Counted from the stretch's first letter, positions 20,487-30,409 are shown. The stretch: 59,817 nucleotides of DNA from a virus (IMGVR_UViG_3300005805_009709:1-59817); one strand, 5' to 3'. Notes: generated from the letters alone by a model not told the origin. Translations and numbers: made by a program.

Positions 20487-21194
20487 ATGGAAATTATAGA
20501 AGATAAAAAAGTAATAGTAATTGGAAATAGCCCTTCCATTCTATTAAAAGAAAATGGTGAATTTATAGATTCACATGACATCGTGATTAGAGTTAATCAC
20601 TGTCCAACAGATGGTTATGAGAAATTTATAGGTAAAAAAATTGATATTTGGGCTACGACGAAAATATCTCTATATAAAGACAGATTCATCCCACGCGACT
20701 TTGATAAACTATCACAAATTTGGCACCGCACAGAAAAAACTAAAAGAGTGTCAGGCTTGTTGCCTAAAAGTGAAATAAAAAATTTCGTAATGTACAAAAC
20801 ACAACGGTTTAAAGAATCTTTTGGCCACCTTCTTAATATTAGTGAAGAAAATCGATCCCCCGATCGCAGATGGTGTCTGAAAGACACCGATCAAGAACCA
20901 TGCACAGGCTTATTGACAATCTTAACCAGCACTTTGTTCTACAAGACCGTGAATATTCTTGGGTTCACTTTTTACACTGAGCAAAAAGACAATCAAGTTT
21001 TAGGATATTATCGCAAAGATCAGCTCGATAAAAATGGAATTCACGCTGAAGACAAATTTTGGGAAGATGCGAAAAAAAATGGTTTCACAAGCGCAAAAGT
21101 TGGAGATATAAAAAAGAAAATAATCAGTGACTTAGTGGACACACATCGCGTAAAGCTAATAAATGAAGAAGAACTAAAAGGACTGCAATTATGA
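20487..21194 (+). CDS. GT29 sialyltransferase-like protein
   Basis: Sialylmotif L (VIGNSPSIL..NGEFIDSHDIVIRVN), motif S (PCTG..GF), VS-like H..E. Confidence 0.75.
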   Translation: MEIIEDKKVIVIGNSPSILLKENGEFIDSHDIVIRVNHCPTDGYEKFIGKKIDIWATTKISLYKDRFIPRDFDKLSQIWHRTEKTKRVSGLLPKSEIKNFVMYKTQRFKESFGHLLNISEENRSPDRRWCLKDTDQEPCTGLLTILTSTLFYKTVNILGFTFYTEQKDNQVLGYYRKDQLDKNGIHAEDKFWEDAKKNGFTSAKVGDIKKKIISDLVDTHRVKLINEEELKGLQL

Positions 21195-21538
21195 AAATAC
21201 AAGGAAAGATCTGGGGTAAAACTCAAGAAATTTTTAAAAACGCAAACTTTGAATTGCATAGAATTGAAGCAAAGAAAGGTGGGTTTTCTTCTGTTCATAA
21301 GCATGCCTACAAGTTCAATGCGTTTTATGTCGAAAAAGGCTCAATAAAAATCACGATCTATGAGAATGATTATGACTTAGTAGATGAGACGATTGTCTCT
21401 ACGAATGAATTAACGGTAGTGAAGCCAGGTAACTATCATAAGTTTGAAGCGCTAGAAGACACCATCTGTTATGAAATTTATTGGGTCGAATTAAACCATC
21501 AAGATATAGAAAGAAAAAACGTTGGTGGCATTCAATAA
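21191..21538 (+). CDS. Cupin-domain protein
   Basis: KIWG, SVHKH..KFNAFYV, YHKF. Confidence 0.75.
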   Translation: MKIQGKIWGKTQEIFKNANFELHRIEAKKGGFSSVHKHAYKFNAFYVEKGSIKITIYENDYDLVDETIVSTNELTVVKPGNYHKFEALEDTICYEIYWVELNHQDIERKNVGGIQ

Positions 21539-22247
21539 AACAGCAATAGGAGTAATCCCAGCCCGTCTACACTCCACCCGATTTCCAAGAAAAATATTGG
21601 CTGATATAAATGGTAAGCCAATGGTGATTCATACTGCACAGCAGGCAGCAAAAGCCACTCTTTTGGAGAGAATAATCATAGCAATTGATGATATAGAAAC
21701 CTATGCTATATTAGAAGATTTTAATTTTGAACTTGTAATGACGTCTAAACAACATCTATCAGGCACTGATAGGATCGCCGAGGCTGTTAATAAATTGAGT
21801 GATGCCGAAATTATCATTAACATACAAGCTGATGAGCCATTTGTTGACCCTAAAGCTATAGATTCTCTTGTTGAATCATTCAACCAGCCCAGTGTTCATA
21901 TTTCTACATTAGTAAACAAACACATCACTAAAGAAATTCTAAAAGATAAAAATGTCGTTAAAGCAATTTTGGATGATAACCATTGGGCAGTTGATTTTAA
22001 AAGAATTCTAGAAACGAATGCTCCAAATGAACCAATTTATAAGCATATGGGCATTTATGGTTACACTCAAGATGCCTTAATGAAATTTGTTTCGATTCCG
22101 CAATCTGAAAGAGAAAAACAAAGAAATCTAGAACAAATGCGTGCGTTGGATAATAATATCCAGATAAAAGCAGTCATCACAGAATTAGACAGTTTTTCAA
22201 TCGACACAGAAGAAGATTATTACGCAGCAAAGAGAGCTTTCACATGA
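21525..22247 (+). CDS. kdsB: CMP-Kdo synthetase
   Basis: IPARLHSTRFPRK, SGTDR, NIQADEP, HMGIYGY, LEQMRAL, IDTEED. Confidence 0.9.
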   Translation: MAFNKTAIGVIPARLHSTRFPRKILADINGKPMVIHTAQQAAKATLLERIIIAIDDIETYAILEDFNFELVMTSKQHLSGTDRIAEAVNKLSDAEIIINIQADEPFVDPKAIDSLVESFNQPSVHISTLVNKHITKEILKDKNVVKAILDDNHWAVDFKRILETNAPNEPIYKHMGIYGYTQDALMKFVSIPQSEREKQRNLEQMRALDNNIQIKAVITELDSFSIDTEEDYYAAKRAFT

Positions 22248-23107
22248 AAGAAGGAATGAAAAAAAATATAGAAAGAAAGCAGCCATCGATTAATGATGTT
22301 GTTGTAATGAATGGTGTTCCCTTATTCAGTTTTATAGAATTGAACATCAACGAAATTTGCAATAGGGTTTGTGCGTTCTGTCCACGCAGTGAGCCAGATG
22401 TATATCCTAATCAAAACATCCACATGGATTTAGAGATTGCTGAAACAATTTCAAAACAGCTGCAAGAAATTAACTTTAAAGGTATTGTCAACATCAGCGG
22501 AACTGGTGAACCTTTACTCACAAAATATATTGTTGACATAGTAAAGCTATTTGGAAGCAAAGGTATACATGTCGAGATAGTAACGAATGGAGATGTTTTG
22601 ACGAAAAAGAACGGTAAAGCTTTGATAAAAGATCTTTATAAAGCAGGTCTTTGCCAATTCGTAGTCAGCATGTATGACGGTCCTGAGCAAATAGAATATT
22701 TTACTAACTTATTTTCAGATTGTGGTATTGAAAATTCTCTATATACGTTAAGAGATCGTTGGTATGATGAATCAGAAGAGTATGGTCTACTCTACACAAA
22801 CAGAGCAGGTTACATAAAAAATAGCTTAAAAAAGTTTAAAGATTCACCTTGCTATTATCCACATTATTCTATGTACATAGATTGGAACGGAGACGTCTTG
22901 CTGTGTTGTCAAGACATGTATAATCGAACCGCTAAGTTTGGTAATGTTAAAGAAAAAAGCATGTTAGAAATTTGGACAGATCCAAGATTGATCGAATACA
23001 GAAACAAACTTGCGAATGGTGATAGGTCTTTATCACCCTGTAATGGATGCAACGCAAATGGTAAAATATTTGGCCAAAATCATGCGAACATGTGGGTCTT
23101 AAAATGA
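22244..23107 (+). CDS. Radical SAM protein with SPASM/twitch domain
   Basis: CNRVCAFC, GEP, C-terminal PC..CC..C..C. Confidence 0.85.
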   Translation: MKEGMKKNIERKQPSINDVVVMNGVPLFSFIELNINEICNRVCAFCPRSEPDVYPNQNIHMDLEIAETISKQLQEINFKGIVNISGTGEPLLTKYIVDIVKLFGSKGIHVEIVTNGDVLTKKNGKALIKDLYKAGLCQFVVSMYDGPEQIEYFTNLFSDCGIENSLYTLRDRWYDESEEYGLLYTNRAGYIKNSLKKFKDSPCYYPHYSMYIDWNGDVLLCCQDMYNRTAKFGNVKEKSMLEIWTDPRLIEYRNKLANGDRSLSPCNGCNANGKIFGQNHANMWVLK

Positions 23108-24231
23108 TAGTAAAAAAAGCTTACGGTTGCTATATCGAAGATGAAGCTGGTAATCGATTGATTGATACGTCAATGGGTTCTGGAGCTCAAATAATTGGGC
23201 ATGGAAATATATTAGCAAAAAAAGCAAGCAAAAAAATTAAGAATGGAACGATTTATTCAATCCCCAATGTTCATACAGAAAAAGTTAGCCATCTTTTAAA
23301 GCAACACATTAATCCTACTCTTCATGAAGATTATATTTTCTGTAGCACAGGTACTGAAGCCAACATGCGCGCTTGTAGATTGGCAAGAGCGTTTACAGGT
23401 AGAGATATTATCGGTCGCTTTCATGGCGGTTGGCATGGTGGACTTGATGGATTTTTGGCGGAGCATCCCGATAGCAAAGGCATACCTCAAAGTGTAAATG
23501 ATCTAACAAGGGTTTTGCCCTATAACGATGAAGAGTGCTTCGAAAAAATCACCACTGACTTTGCTGCGGTAATAATAGAACCAGTACAAGGCTCTAATCC
23601 TCGGCATGATGTTAAAGACTTTTTACAAAAGCTAAGAAAGCGCTGTAATGAAACTGGAACTTTGTTGATTCTTGACGAAGTAATGACAGGTTTTAGACTA
23701 TCAAAAACAGGCGGCGCTGGGCTTTTTGATGTTACACCTGATATTGTCACGTATGGTAAAGTTTTGGGCGGCGGCTTTCCTATTGGAGCCTTAGGCGGAA
23801 AAACTGAAATCATGCAAACTAAAAATGTTTTCTATGGCGGCACCTTCTCAGCCAATCCCCTGAGCATGTATACGGCCAAATTGATTCTCAAGACAATCGT
23901 TGCACAAGAATTGATCCAGTATGATAAACTAAACTCTGCCGGCGAAAATTTTAGAGATACGCTCAACGAGTATTTTACACGCGAAAATAAACCATTAAGA
24001 GTTATGGGTTGCGGACCTCTTAATAGAATTATTTTCACGGATAAATTCATCAAAAATAGAAAAGAAAGAGACGAATTAGAAAGCCAAAATCAAAACATTT
24101 TTTATGATAGTTTGAAAAACAATGGTGTTTTTGTGAATGGTAATAGGCTCTTTCATTTTTCGATGTGCCATACAAAAGATGTAGTAGATGAAATAATCGA
24201 AAAAATAAAAACAACAAGCTCTAAATTTTAG
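23104..24231 (+). CDS. Class III PLP aminotransferase (HemL/GSA aminomutase-like)
   Basis: STGTEANM, GGWHG, IIEPVQG, DEVMTGFR, YGKVLGGG, GGTFSANP. Confidence 0.85.
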   Translation: MIVKKAYGCYIEDEAGNRLIDTSMGSGAQIIGHGNILAKKASKKIKNGTIYSIPNVHTEKVSHLLKQHINPTLHEDYIFCSTGTEANMRACRLARAFTGRDIIGRFHGGWHGGLDGFLAEHPDSKGIPQSVNDLTRVLPYNDEECFEKITTDFAAVIIEPVQGSNPRHDVKDFLQKLRKRCNETGTLLILDEVMTGFRLSKTGGAGLFDVTPDIVTYGKVLGGGFPIGALGGKTEIMQTKNVFYGGTFSANPLSMYTAKLILKTIVAQELIQYDKLNSAGENFRDTLNEYFTRENKPLRVMGCGPLNRIIFTDKFIKNRKERDELESQNQNIFYDSLKNNGVFVNGNRLFHFSMCHTKDVVDEIIEKIKTTSSKF

Positions 24232-24244
24232 TAATATAGAAAGC

Positions 24245-24904
24245 ATGAACAAAAGCTATATCTTCAAAGAAAATAATGAAGAAATTGAATTTGTAGGCGA
24301 CTTTGATGGGCTGTATGCTGAGCAAGAAGATCCTTGGCATCAATCAGGAAATTCTGGAGACATAAAAGATTATTACTTTTATGCGAGAAAAAAGCTAGGA
24401 TTGCAATTAAAAGAAATCCATCCAAAGACTCTATTAGAAGTTGGCTGCGGATTAGGCTATACTACGAAACTCATACAACAAGACGTACCAGACTGTCGTG
24501 TTGAAGGTATGGATATCAGCGGTGTTGCTATAGAAAAAGCGAGAAAGCTGTTTCCAGAATTGGCTTTTTCAAAAGGCAGCATCGCCGATGCCACGCTGCG
24601 CTTACAGCGTAAGTATGAAGTGATTATTTTGAACCAACTACTCTGGTATGTGCTAGGATCTCTTGATGTTGTTTTCAACAATTGTTTTAATCACTTAACT
24701 GACGATGGTCAATTAATCATTAGTCAAGCGTTTTTTAAATCAGGACAGAAATATGGGAAAAATATCTGCGATGGTTTTGATGGATTATTATTCTATTTGA
24801 AAAATAATACTAAAGATGTTTTTGAGATAGAATATTATGAACACAACGCTACTAAAAAGCTATTACACGACGACGGGTTGTTTGTTCTGAGGAAAACCAA
24901 GTGA
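24245..24904 (+). CDS. Class I SAM methyltransferase
   Basis: EDPW, LEVGCGLG, GMDIS. Confidence 0.85.
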   Translation: MNKSYIFKENNEEIEFVGDFDGLYAEQEDPWHQSGNSGDIKDYYFYARKKLGLQLKEIHPKTLLEVGCGLGYTTKLIQQDVPDCRVEGMDISGVAIEKARKLFPELAFSKGSIADATLRLQRKYEVIILNQLLWYVLGSLDVVFNNCFNHLTDDGQLIISQAFFKSGQKYGKNICDGFDGLLFYLKNNTKDVFEIEYYEHNATKKLLHDDGLFVLRKTK

Positions 24905-25542
24905 AAGTTTCAGCTATCATTCGATATAGAAATGAAGAAGAATGGATCGGACATGCGATACAGAGCTTCATTGATTTTTTTCCTGATGGCGAAATAATTG
25001 TGATTGACAACAATTCAACTGACGCGTCGTCCGACATAATCAAATTATTCGATAGGCATGATATCAAAAAGCTTGACATCAAAGATTACACCCCCGGTAG
25101 GTCTTTGAATTTAGGCGCTGAACATGCAAAATATGACACTATTCTTGTACAGTCAGCTCATACCGTCATAAAAAAAATTGATTATGAGAATCTAGAAAAA
25201 AATATCACTAAACACGCCGCTGTTTTTGGTAATCAAACACCAATCTATCTGGGTAAGAGAATTACGAAAAGATACATCTGGTCACATTTTAAAGACAACG
25301 TCCAAATTGAAAATTTCTTTTCAGAGTCAGAAAACAGGCAATTCTTGCATAACGCGTTCTGTTTTTATCAAAAGGATGTTTTGCTAAAAAACAAATTCGA
25401 TGAAAAGCTTCATGGGAAAGAAGACAGATATTGGGCGGCGGAGATCGTAAAGAAGGGGTACACATACCTCTATGACTCTGTAAACTTGTCCAGTTATCAT
25501 TACTACACCAAGAATGGTGCAACGTGGAAAGGTCTTGGTTGA
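24901..25542 (+). CDS. Glycosyltransferase family 2
   Basis: IIRYRNEE, VIDNNSTD, SAH, KEDRYW. Confidence 0.8.
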   Translation: MKVSAIIRYRNEEEWIGHAIQSFIDFFPDGEIIVIDNNSTDASSDIIKLFDRHDIKKLDIKDYTPGRSLNLGAEHAKYDTILVQSAHTVIKKIDYENLEKNITKHAAVFGNQTPIYLGKRITKRYIWSHFKDNVQIENFFSESENRQFLHNAFCFYQKDVLLKNKFDEKLHGKEDRYWAAEIVKKGYTYLYDSVNLSSYHYYTKNGATWKGLG

Positions 25543-25543
25543 T

Positions 25544-25849
25544 ATGATAATTTATGTCGATATTGATGAAACGATCTGTTGCACACCTGAGAATAGAGAT
25601 TACTCTAATTCAGCACCAATAAAAGAGAACATCGAGAAAATTAACTCACTTTATGATAAAGGTCACACAATCGTTTATTGGACTGCCCGAGGTTCAGTAA
25701 CAAAAATAGATTGGAGTGAAATCACAAAGAAACAATTCAAAGAATGGGGTGTTAAATTTCATGAATTAAAGTTTGGCAAACCAAACTATGATTTGTTTAT
25801 TTGTGACAAAGCTATTAACACTTTAGATTTTTTTAAATCCCAAATTTAA
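25544..25849 (+). CDS. Small HAD-superfamily phosphatase (capsule-biosynthesis type)
   Basis: VDIDETIC, WTAR, GKP, ICDKA. Confidence 0.8.
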   Translation: MIIYVDIDETICCTPENRDYSNSAPIKENIEKINSLYDKGHTIVYWTARGSVTKIDWSEITKKQFKEWGVKFHELKFGKPNYDLFICDKAINTLDFFKSQI

Positions 25850-25850
25850 T

Positions 25851-26768
25851 ATGAAAAACATTGCTGTAATTGGTCAAGGTTTCGTTGGTGGTTCATTAAC
25901 AACTGTTTTTGCTGAAAGAGGCTTTGATGTGTATGCTTATGACAAAGCAGGTAAATACGCACAAGGCGCCCAACCATCTGCCGGTGGCAAGTTTCCAGAA
26001 TCCATCAAAGATTTAATCTTAAATAATGAGAATGGTAAAACTTCAAAGGTTTATTTTGTCTGCCTTCCTACACCTATGCAAGATGATGGCTCCGCCGATC
26101 TTTCTATTGTAGAAGGCGCGCTAAAAGAGCTAGCATCTATACCAGGAGAAAGAATTGCCGTCATTAAATCAACGGTTCCACCTGGGTCTACTGAAAAGTG
26201 GAACATGATGTTTGCTGAAACAGGATTGAGAATTATTTTCAACCCTGAGTTTTTAACAGAGAGAACCGCGGTCGATGACATGCGCAATCAAAACCGGATT
26301 ATCCTTGGTGGTCCTCGCCCATGGATCAATGTTGTAAAACAAATTTTTGGTACAGCATTCCCAAGCGCAAAGTTAATCAAAACCTCTTCAACAACCGCTG
26401 AAATGGTCAAGTATTTGACAAACAATTTTCTCACTGTTAAAGTTGCTTTTGCGAATGAAATGCTACAAATCTGTAGCGCGCTCGACAAAAATGGATTAAA
26501 TGTCGATTATGATAAAGTAGTTGAATATGCAACGTTCGATTCTAGGATTGGTACAAGTCACTGGAATGTACCTGGCCCTGATGGTAAACTTGGATTCGGC
26601 GGCAGTTGTTTTCCTAAAGATATTAACGCGATGATTTGTGTCGCCCAGTCCATGGATGTTGATCCAAAAGTTTTGAAGGCGGCATGGCAAAAGAATTTAG
26701 AAGTTCGTCCTGAGAGAGATTGGGAAAAGCTTATCGGTCGCGCAATTTCTAAAAAATCAGATGATTGA
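25851..26768 (+). CDS. UDP-glucose/GDP-mannose dehydrogenase family protein lacking the C-terminal domain
   Basis: IGQGFVG, CLPTP, KSTVPPG, NPEFL, GFGGSCFPKD. Confidence 0.85.
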   Translation: MKNIAVIGQGFVGGSLTTVFAERGFDVYAYDKAGKYAQGAQPSAGGKFPESIKDLILNNENGKTSKVYFVCLPTPMQDDGSADLSIVEGALKELASIPGERIAVIKSTVPPGSTEKWNMMFAETGLRIIFNPEFLTERTAVDDMRNQNRIILGGPRPWINVVKQIFGTAFPSAKLIKTSSTTAEMVKYLTNNFLTVKVAFANEMLQICSALDKNGLNVDYDKVVEYATFDSRIGTSHWNVPGPDGKLGFGGSCFPKDINAMICVAQSMDVDPKVLKAAWQKNLEVRPERDWEKLIGRAISKKSDD

Positions 26769-26800
26769 ACTAGTCTATGGAAGAGTAATACTATCTTGCA

Positions 26801-27619
26801 ATGCAAGAAGAGAAAATATCTTTTGAGTTATTACCTACAGGAAAAGCACATGTCTCATTCTCCGAAGTAAAACTTTGGAAAGAATGTTCTTATAGACATC
26901 ACCTTGTACACATTAAAAAGGTTGATCTATCCAAGCCATCACCAATACTAGATTTTGGTACTGCGATCCACGCTTCATGCGAGCAGTATCTGCTATCTCG
27001 TGTGATGAATCCAGAAATAGCCTATGAACACATGGATAAAGCGTGGGCTGCGAACGAAGGAAATTCAGATTTTACGCCTGCGTCTCTCGCAAAAGCGAAA
27101 ACAGAAGCCACAGTAATTTTAGCCGAAGTACCAAAGTTCATGGATACGACATTTCCAGATTGGGAAGTTGTCGATGCAGAGCATCAACTTTATGAAGCTG
27201 TAGAAAAACATCCTCATGCATTCAAAGGTTTTATTGATGGTGTCATTAAAGCAAAAGGAAAGAAGGGAGAAACCCTCTATTGGATTCTAGACTGGAAAAC
27301 GACAGCTCGTGGCTGGTTTCGTGAAAAAAGATCCGACGATATGGTCAAGGCACAGCTGGCTCTTTACAAAAACTATTGGTGTCAGAAGAACCCGACGGTC
27401 CCATTTAAGAATGTGCGGTGTGGATTCGTTCTGTTAAAGAAATCAGCAAAGCCTGGAGAACATTGCGAGTTATTCTCTGTTTCATTAGGAGAAGTTCCAA
27501 TTCAAAGATCTCTAAAAGTCGTCAATAACATGTTGACTTCTGTAAAGCGTGGTATTGCATTGAAAAATCGTGATGCTTGCACATGGTGCGAATATAAAGG
27601 CACTGAGCATTGTACCTGA
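26801..27619 (+). CDS. PD-(D/E)XK nuclease, Cas4/AddB-like with a 1+3 Cys pattern
   Basis: SFS..C, GTAIH, GFID, ILDWKT, QLALY, C-terminal CTWC..C. Confidence 0.85.
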   Translation: MQEEKISFELLPTGKAHVSFSEVKLWKECSYRHHLVHIKKVDLSKPSPILDFGTAIHASCEQYLLSRVMNPEIAYEHMDKAWAANEGNSDFTPASLAKAKTEATVILAEVPKFMDTTFPDWEVVDAEHQLYEAVEKHPHAFKGFIDGVIKAKGKKGETLYWILDWKTTARGWFREKRSDDMVKAQLALYKNYWCQKNPTVPFKNVRCGFVLLKKSAKPGEHCELFSVSLGEVPIQRSLKVVNNMLTSVKRGIALKNRDACTWCEYKGTEHCT

Positions 27620-27661
27620 AAAAGATTACAAACTCAAAAAAATTGTTACGATAGGACGGTA

Positions 27662-28912
27662 ATGGAAAACAAAAAAACTATCTTAATGCTCAGTGATCAT
27701 CCGCTATCGACTTCCGGAGTCGGTACACAAGCGCGATGGTTGATTCATGGACTCACTGGCACCGGGAAATATAGCTTTAGATGTTTCGGTGGCGCTGTTC
27801 GTCATGATGATTACAACACCACTGTTGTCAATCAGGACTTCATCATCAAACCGACCAATGGATTTGGTGATAGAAATCTTCTTCGACAGACATTGGTACA
27901 ACTACAACCTGATGCATTAATGCTTTTCACAGACCCTCGATTTTTTATTTGGGTCTGGGAAATGGCGGACGAGATTAGGCAAATTTGTCCTATCGTTTAT
28001 TGGCACCTTTGGGATAATGAACCGTGGCCCGAATTTAATAGAGTACTCTATGAGTCTACAGATCTAATCAATTGTATCAATTGGCCGACGTACCAAATGG
28101 TCAAAGAAAGATTCCCAGAGCGCACGAACTACATTCCTCATGCGGTGCCTAAAGACTTATATAAACCACTACCAGACGAAGACGTTAAAAAGTTCAAGAA
28201 GAAATTGCTCGGTGAAGACAAAATGGACCATTTCGTGGTTGGGTATGTCTCGCGTAATGCTCGTCGCAAGATGCCAAGTGATATTGTCGTGTCTTGGAAG
28301 ATGTTTCTTGATGAATTAGAAAAGAAGCACGGACACCGCAAGGCGACACTAGTTATGCACACTGAACCACTCGATCCAGAAGGTCCAAATTTATATCACG
28401 TAATTGAAGCAATGCGTGTTGAACAAAATGTTCTATTCTCAAAGAGTAGAATTAACTTCGATGAGATGTCTCTTCTCTATAATATGTTCGACACAATCGT
28501 GAACCGTAGTTGTAATGAGGGTTTTGGATTGCCAACTCTTGAATCAATGATGTGTGGTAAACCAATCATTGCGATCAAGACAGGCGGGTTGACAAGACAA
28601 GTTGAAAACATCGAGACGGGAGAGCAATACGGTATCGGCCTCGAACCAGAAGTTAAATGTCTTGTAGGCAACCAAATGGTACCTTACATCTACGAAGACT
28701 TTATTTCTCACCAAACTCTCGCTGACTCATTCATGAAAATGTATGAGATGGGCCCTGAGAAAAGAAAAGAACTAGGCATGAAAGCAATGGCTCACGCTCA
28801 TAAAGATTATGATCTTGAAAGAATGGTCAATGATTGGGACAAGACCCTGTCAGATAAAATAAATGAGTGGAAATCTAACAAACCCCGCCAGTGGTCGCAT
28901 ACGGAGATTTGA
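27662..28912 (+). CDS. Glycosyltransferase family 4
   Basis: SGVG, SRNARRK, NEGFGLPTLESMMCGKP. Confidence 0.9.
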   Translation: MENKKTILMLSDHPLSTSGVGTQARWLIHGLTGTGKYSFRCFGGAVRHDDYNTTVVNQDFIIKPTNGFGDRNLLRQTLVQLQPDALMLFTDPRFFIWVWEMADEIRQICPIVYWHLWDNEPWPEFNRVLYESTDLINCINWPTYQMVKERFPERTNYIPHAVPKDLYKPLPDEDVKKFKKKLLGEDKMDHFVVGYVSRNARRKMPSDIVVSWKMFLDELEKKHGHRKATLVMHTEPLDPEGPNLYHVIEAMRVEQNVLFSKSRINFDEMSLLYNMFDTIVNRSCNEGFGLPTLESMMCGKPIIAIKTGGLTRQVENIETGEQYGIGLEPEVKCLVGNQMVPYIYEDFISHQTLADSFMKMYEMGPEKRKELGMKAMAHAHKDYDLERMVNDWDKTLSDKINEWKSNKPRQWSHTEI

Positions 28913-28914
28913 AC

Positions 28915-30093
28915 ATGAAAAAAGTAGTAGTTCGTGGACCAGCGATGACACAATCCGGATATGGAGTCCATTGCAGACAAATCGTTGCGTGGTTGTTTTC
29001 TAAACCTGACCTTGAAGTAAAATTTCAGGCGCTACCATGGGGAGAAACACCCTGGATATTAGATAAAAATGCCTATGGTGGTTTAATCGATAGAATAGCG
29101 AAAAGTACTGTCGACCTCACTGTACAACAGGAACAAAAGTACGACATTTCTTTTCAGCTACAATTGCCGAATGAATGGGATCCTTCTATCGCAAAATTCA
29201 ACGTTGGCATGACTGCAGGGGTTGAGACAGACGTGTGTAATCCACAATGGATTGACGCGTGCAATCGAATGAACATGATAATCGTGCCATCTACGCATGT
29301 CGCGGAAGTCCTAAAAAGAAGCGGAAAGCTAACAGCACCAATCATTGTCGTGCCAGAATCTTTCTGTGACGCAATTTTAGAAGAGCCTACTCAAGAGAAA
29401 CTGGACTCAATGCCTAAGTTTTCTACCGACTTTAACTTCCTCATTTTTGGACAGATCACAGGTGATAACCCAATGAATGATAGGAAGAACACATTCTTTG
29501 CTATCAAGTGGCTTTGTGAAGTCTTCAAGGATGACAAGGACGTGGGGATCGTAGTGAAGACGAACCTTGGTAGAAATACACTTATCGACCGCAATCGAAC
29601 AATTTCAATAATGAATACTTTGATTCGTGAGTGTCGAAAAGGTGAATTTCCTAAGGTTCACTTATTACATGGTGACATGTCAGAAGAGGACATTGCCACA
29701 CTCTATAAGCATAAACAGATAAAAGCTTTGGTGTCTCTCACAAGAGGCGAAGGATATGGTTTACCGATTTTAGAAGCGGCCGCATCGGGATTGCCTGTCG
29801 TCGCTACAGGATGGTCTGGACATCTTGATTTTCTTAATCATGGAAAATTCATTAATATCTCGTATAACTTGAAAGAGATTCACCAATCAAGAGTTGATGG
29901 AAAAATCTTCATACCTACAGCTAAATGGGCTGAAGTCATAGAGGAAGATTTTAAGAGAAAGATAGCTAAGTTTAAGAACAGCTCTTCTATCCCAAGAGAA
30001 TGGGCGCAAGATCTTTCAAAGACTATAAAAGAAAAGTATTCTTCTTCAGCAGTTTTTAAGATTTATGATGAAGCTTTGAAAGAAGTCATATGA
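28915..30093 (+). CDS. Glycosyltransferase family 4
   Basis: SGYG, DRKN, RGEGYGLPILEAAASGLP, WSGHLDF. Confidence 0.9.
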   Translation: MKKVVVRGPAMTQSGYGVHCRQIVAWLFSKPDLEVKFQALPWGETPWILDKNAYGGLIDRIAKSTVDLTVQQEQKYDISFQLQLPNEWDPSIAKFNVGMTAGVETDVCNPQWIDACNRMNMIIVPSTHVAEVLKRSGKLTAPIIVVPESFCDAILEEPTQEKLDSMPKFSTDFNFLIFGQITGDNPMNDRKNTFFAIKWLCEVFKDDKDVGIVVKTNLGRNTLIDRNRTISIMNTLIRECRKGEFPKVHLLHGDMSEEDIATLYKHKQIKALVSLTRGEGYGLPILEAAASGLPVVATGWSGHLDFLNHGKFINISYNLKEIHQSRVDGKIFIPTAKWAEVIEEDFKRKIAKFKNSSSIPREWAQDLSKTIKEKYSSSAVFKIYDEALKEVI

Positions 30094-30392
30094 TTATTTC
30101 CCTTGTTCTTTTGTCATTGTTTTCTATTGGACTCAGCGCCGCCTTGTTTTATAGCGTTAAGAAAAACTTAGAACTCATCGAAGCTCTAGAGGAAACATCG
30201 GAACAAATCGAACAATCGATCGAATTATTGGATTATTATTACAAAAGGTTAGACAAAAAACTGAAACTAGAAGTGTTCTCTGATGACCCGACGATAAAAG
30301 AGTTAGTTGATGACATGAAACAATCCAGAAAAGCCGTGTCTATTATCATAAAACAACTTACAGGCGACGAAACACCAGAAGAAACTGAATAA
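30090..30392 (+). CDS. Membrane-anchored coiled-coil hypothetical protein
   Basis: Hydrophobic N-terminal helix followed by an acidic heptad region. Confidence 0.6.
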   Translation: MIISLVLLSLFSIGLSAALFYSVKKNLELIEALEETSEQIEQSIELLDYYYKRLDKKLKLEVFSDDPTIKELVDDMKQSRKAVSIIIKQLTGDETPEETE

Positions 30393-30409
30393 CTTAGAAA
30401 GATCGCACG

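Noticed and set aside
14885-24231. serA, aroF and hemL as housekeeping metabolic genes
   Set aside because: Their pathway partners are absent and the context is sugar biosynthesis, so gene symbols were withheld
26801-27619. CRISPR-Cas locus
   Set aside because: No repeat-spacer array or other cas genes seen
104-30093. Bacterial chromosomal LPS/capsule locus
   Set aside because: No flippase, polymerase or export genes; contiguous and co-directional with phage sigma and baseplate genes
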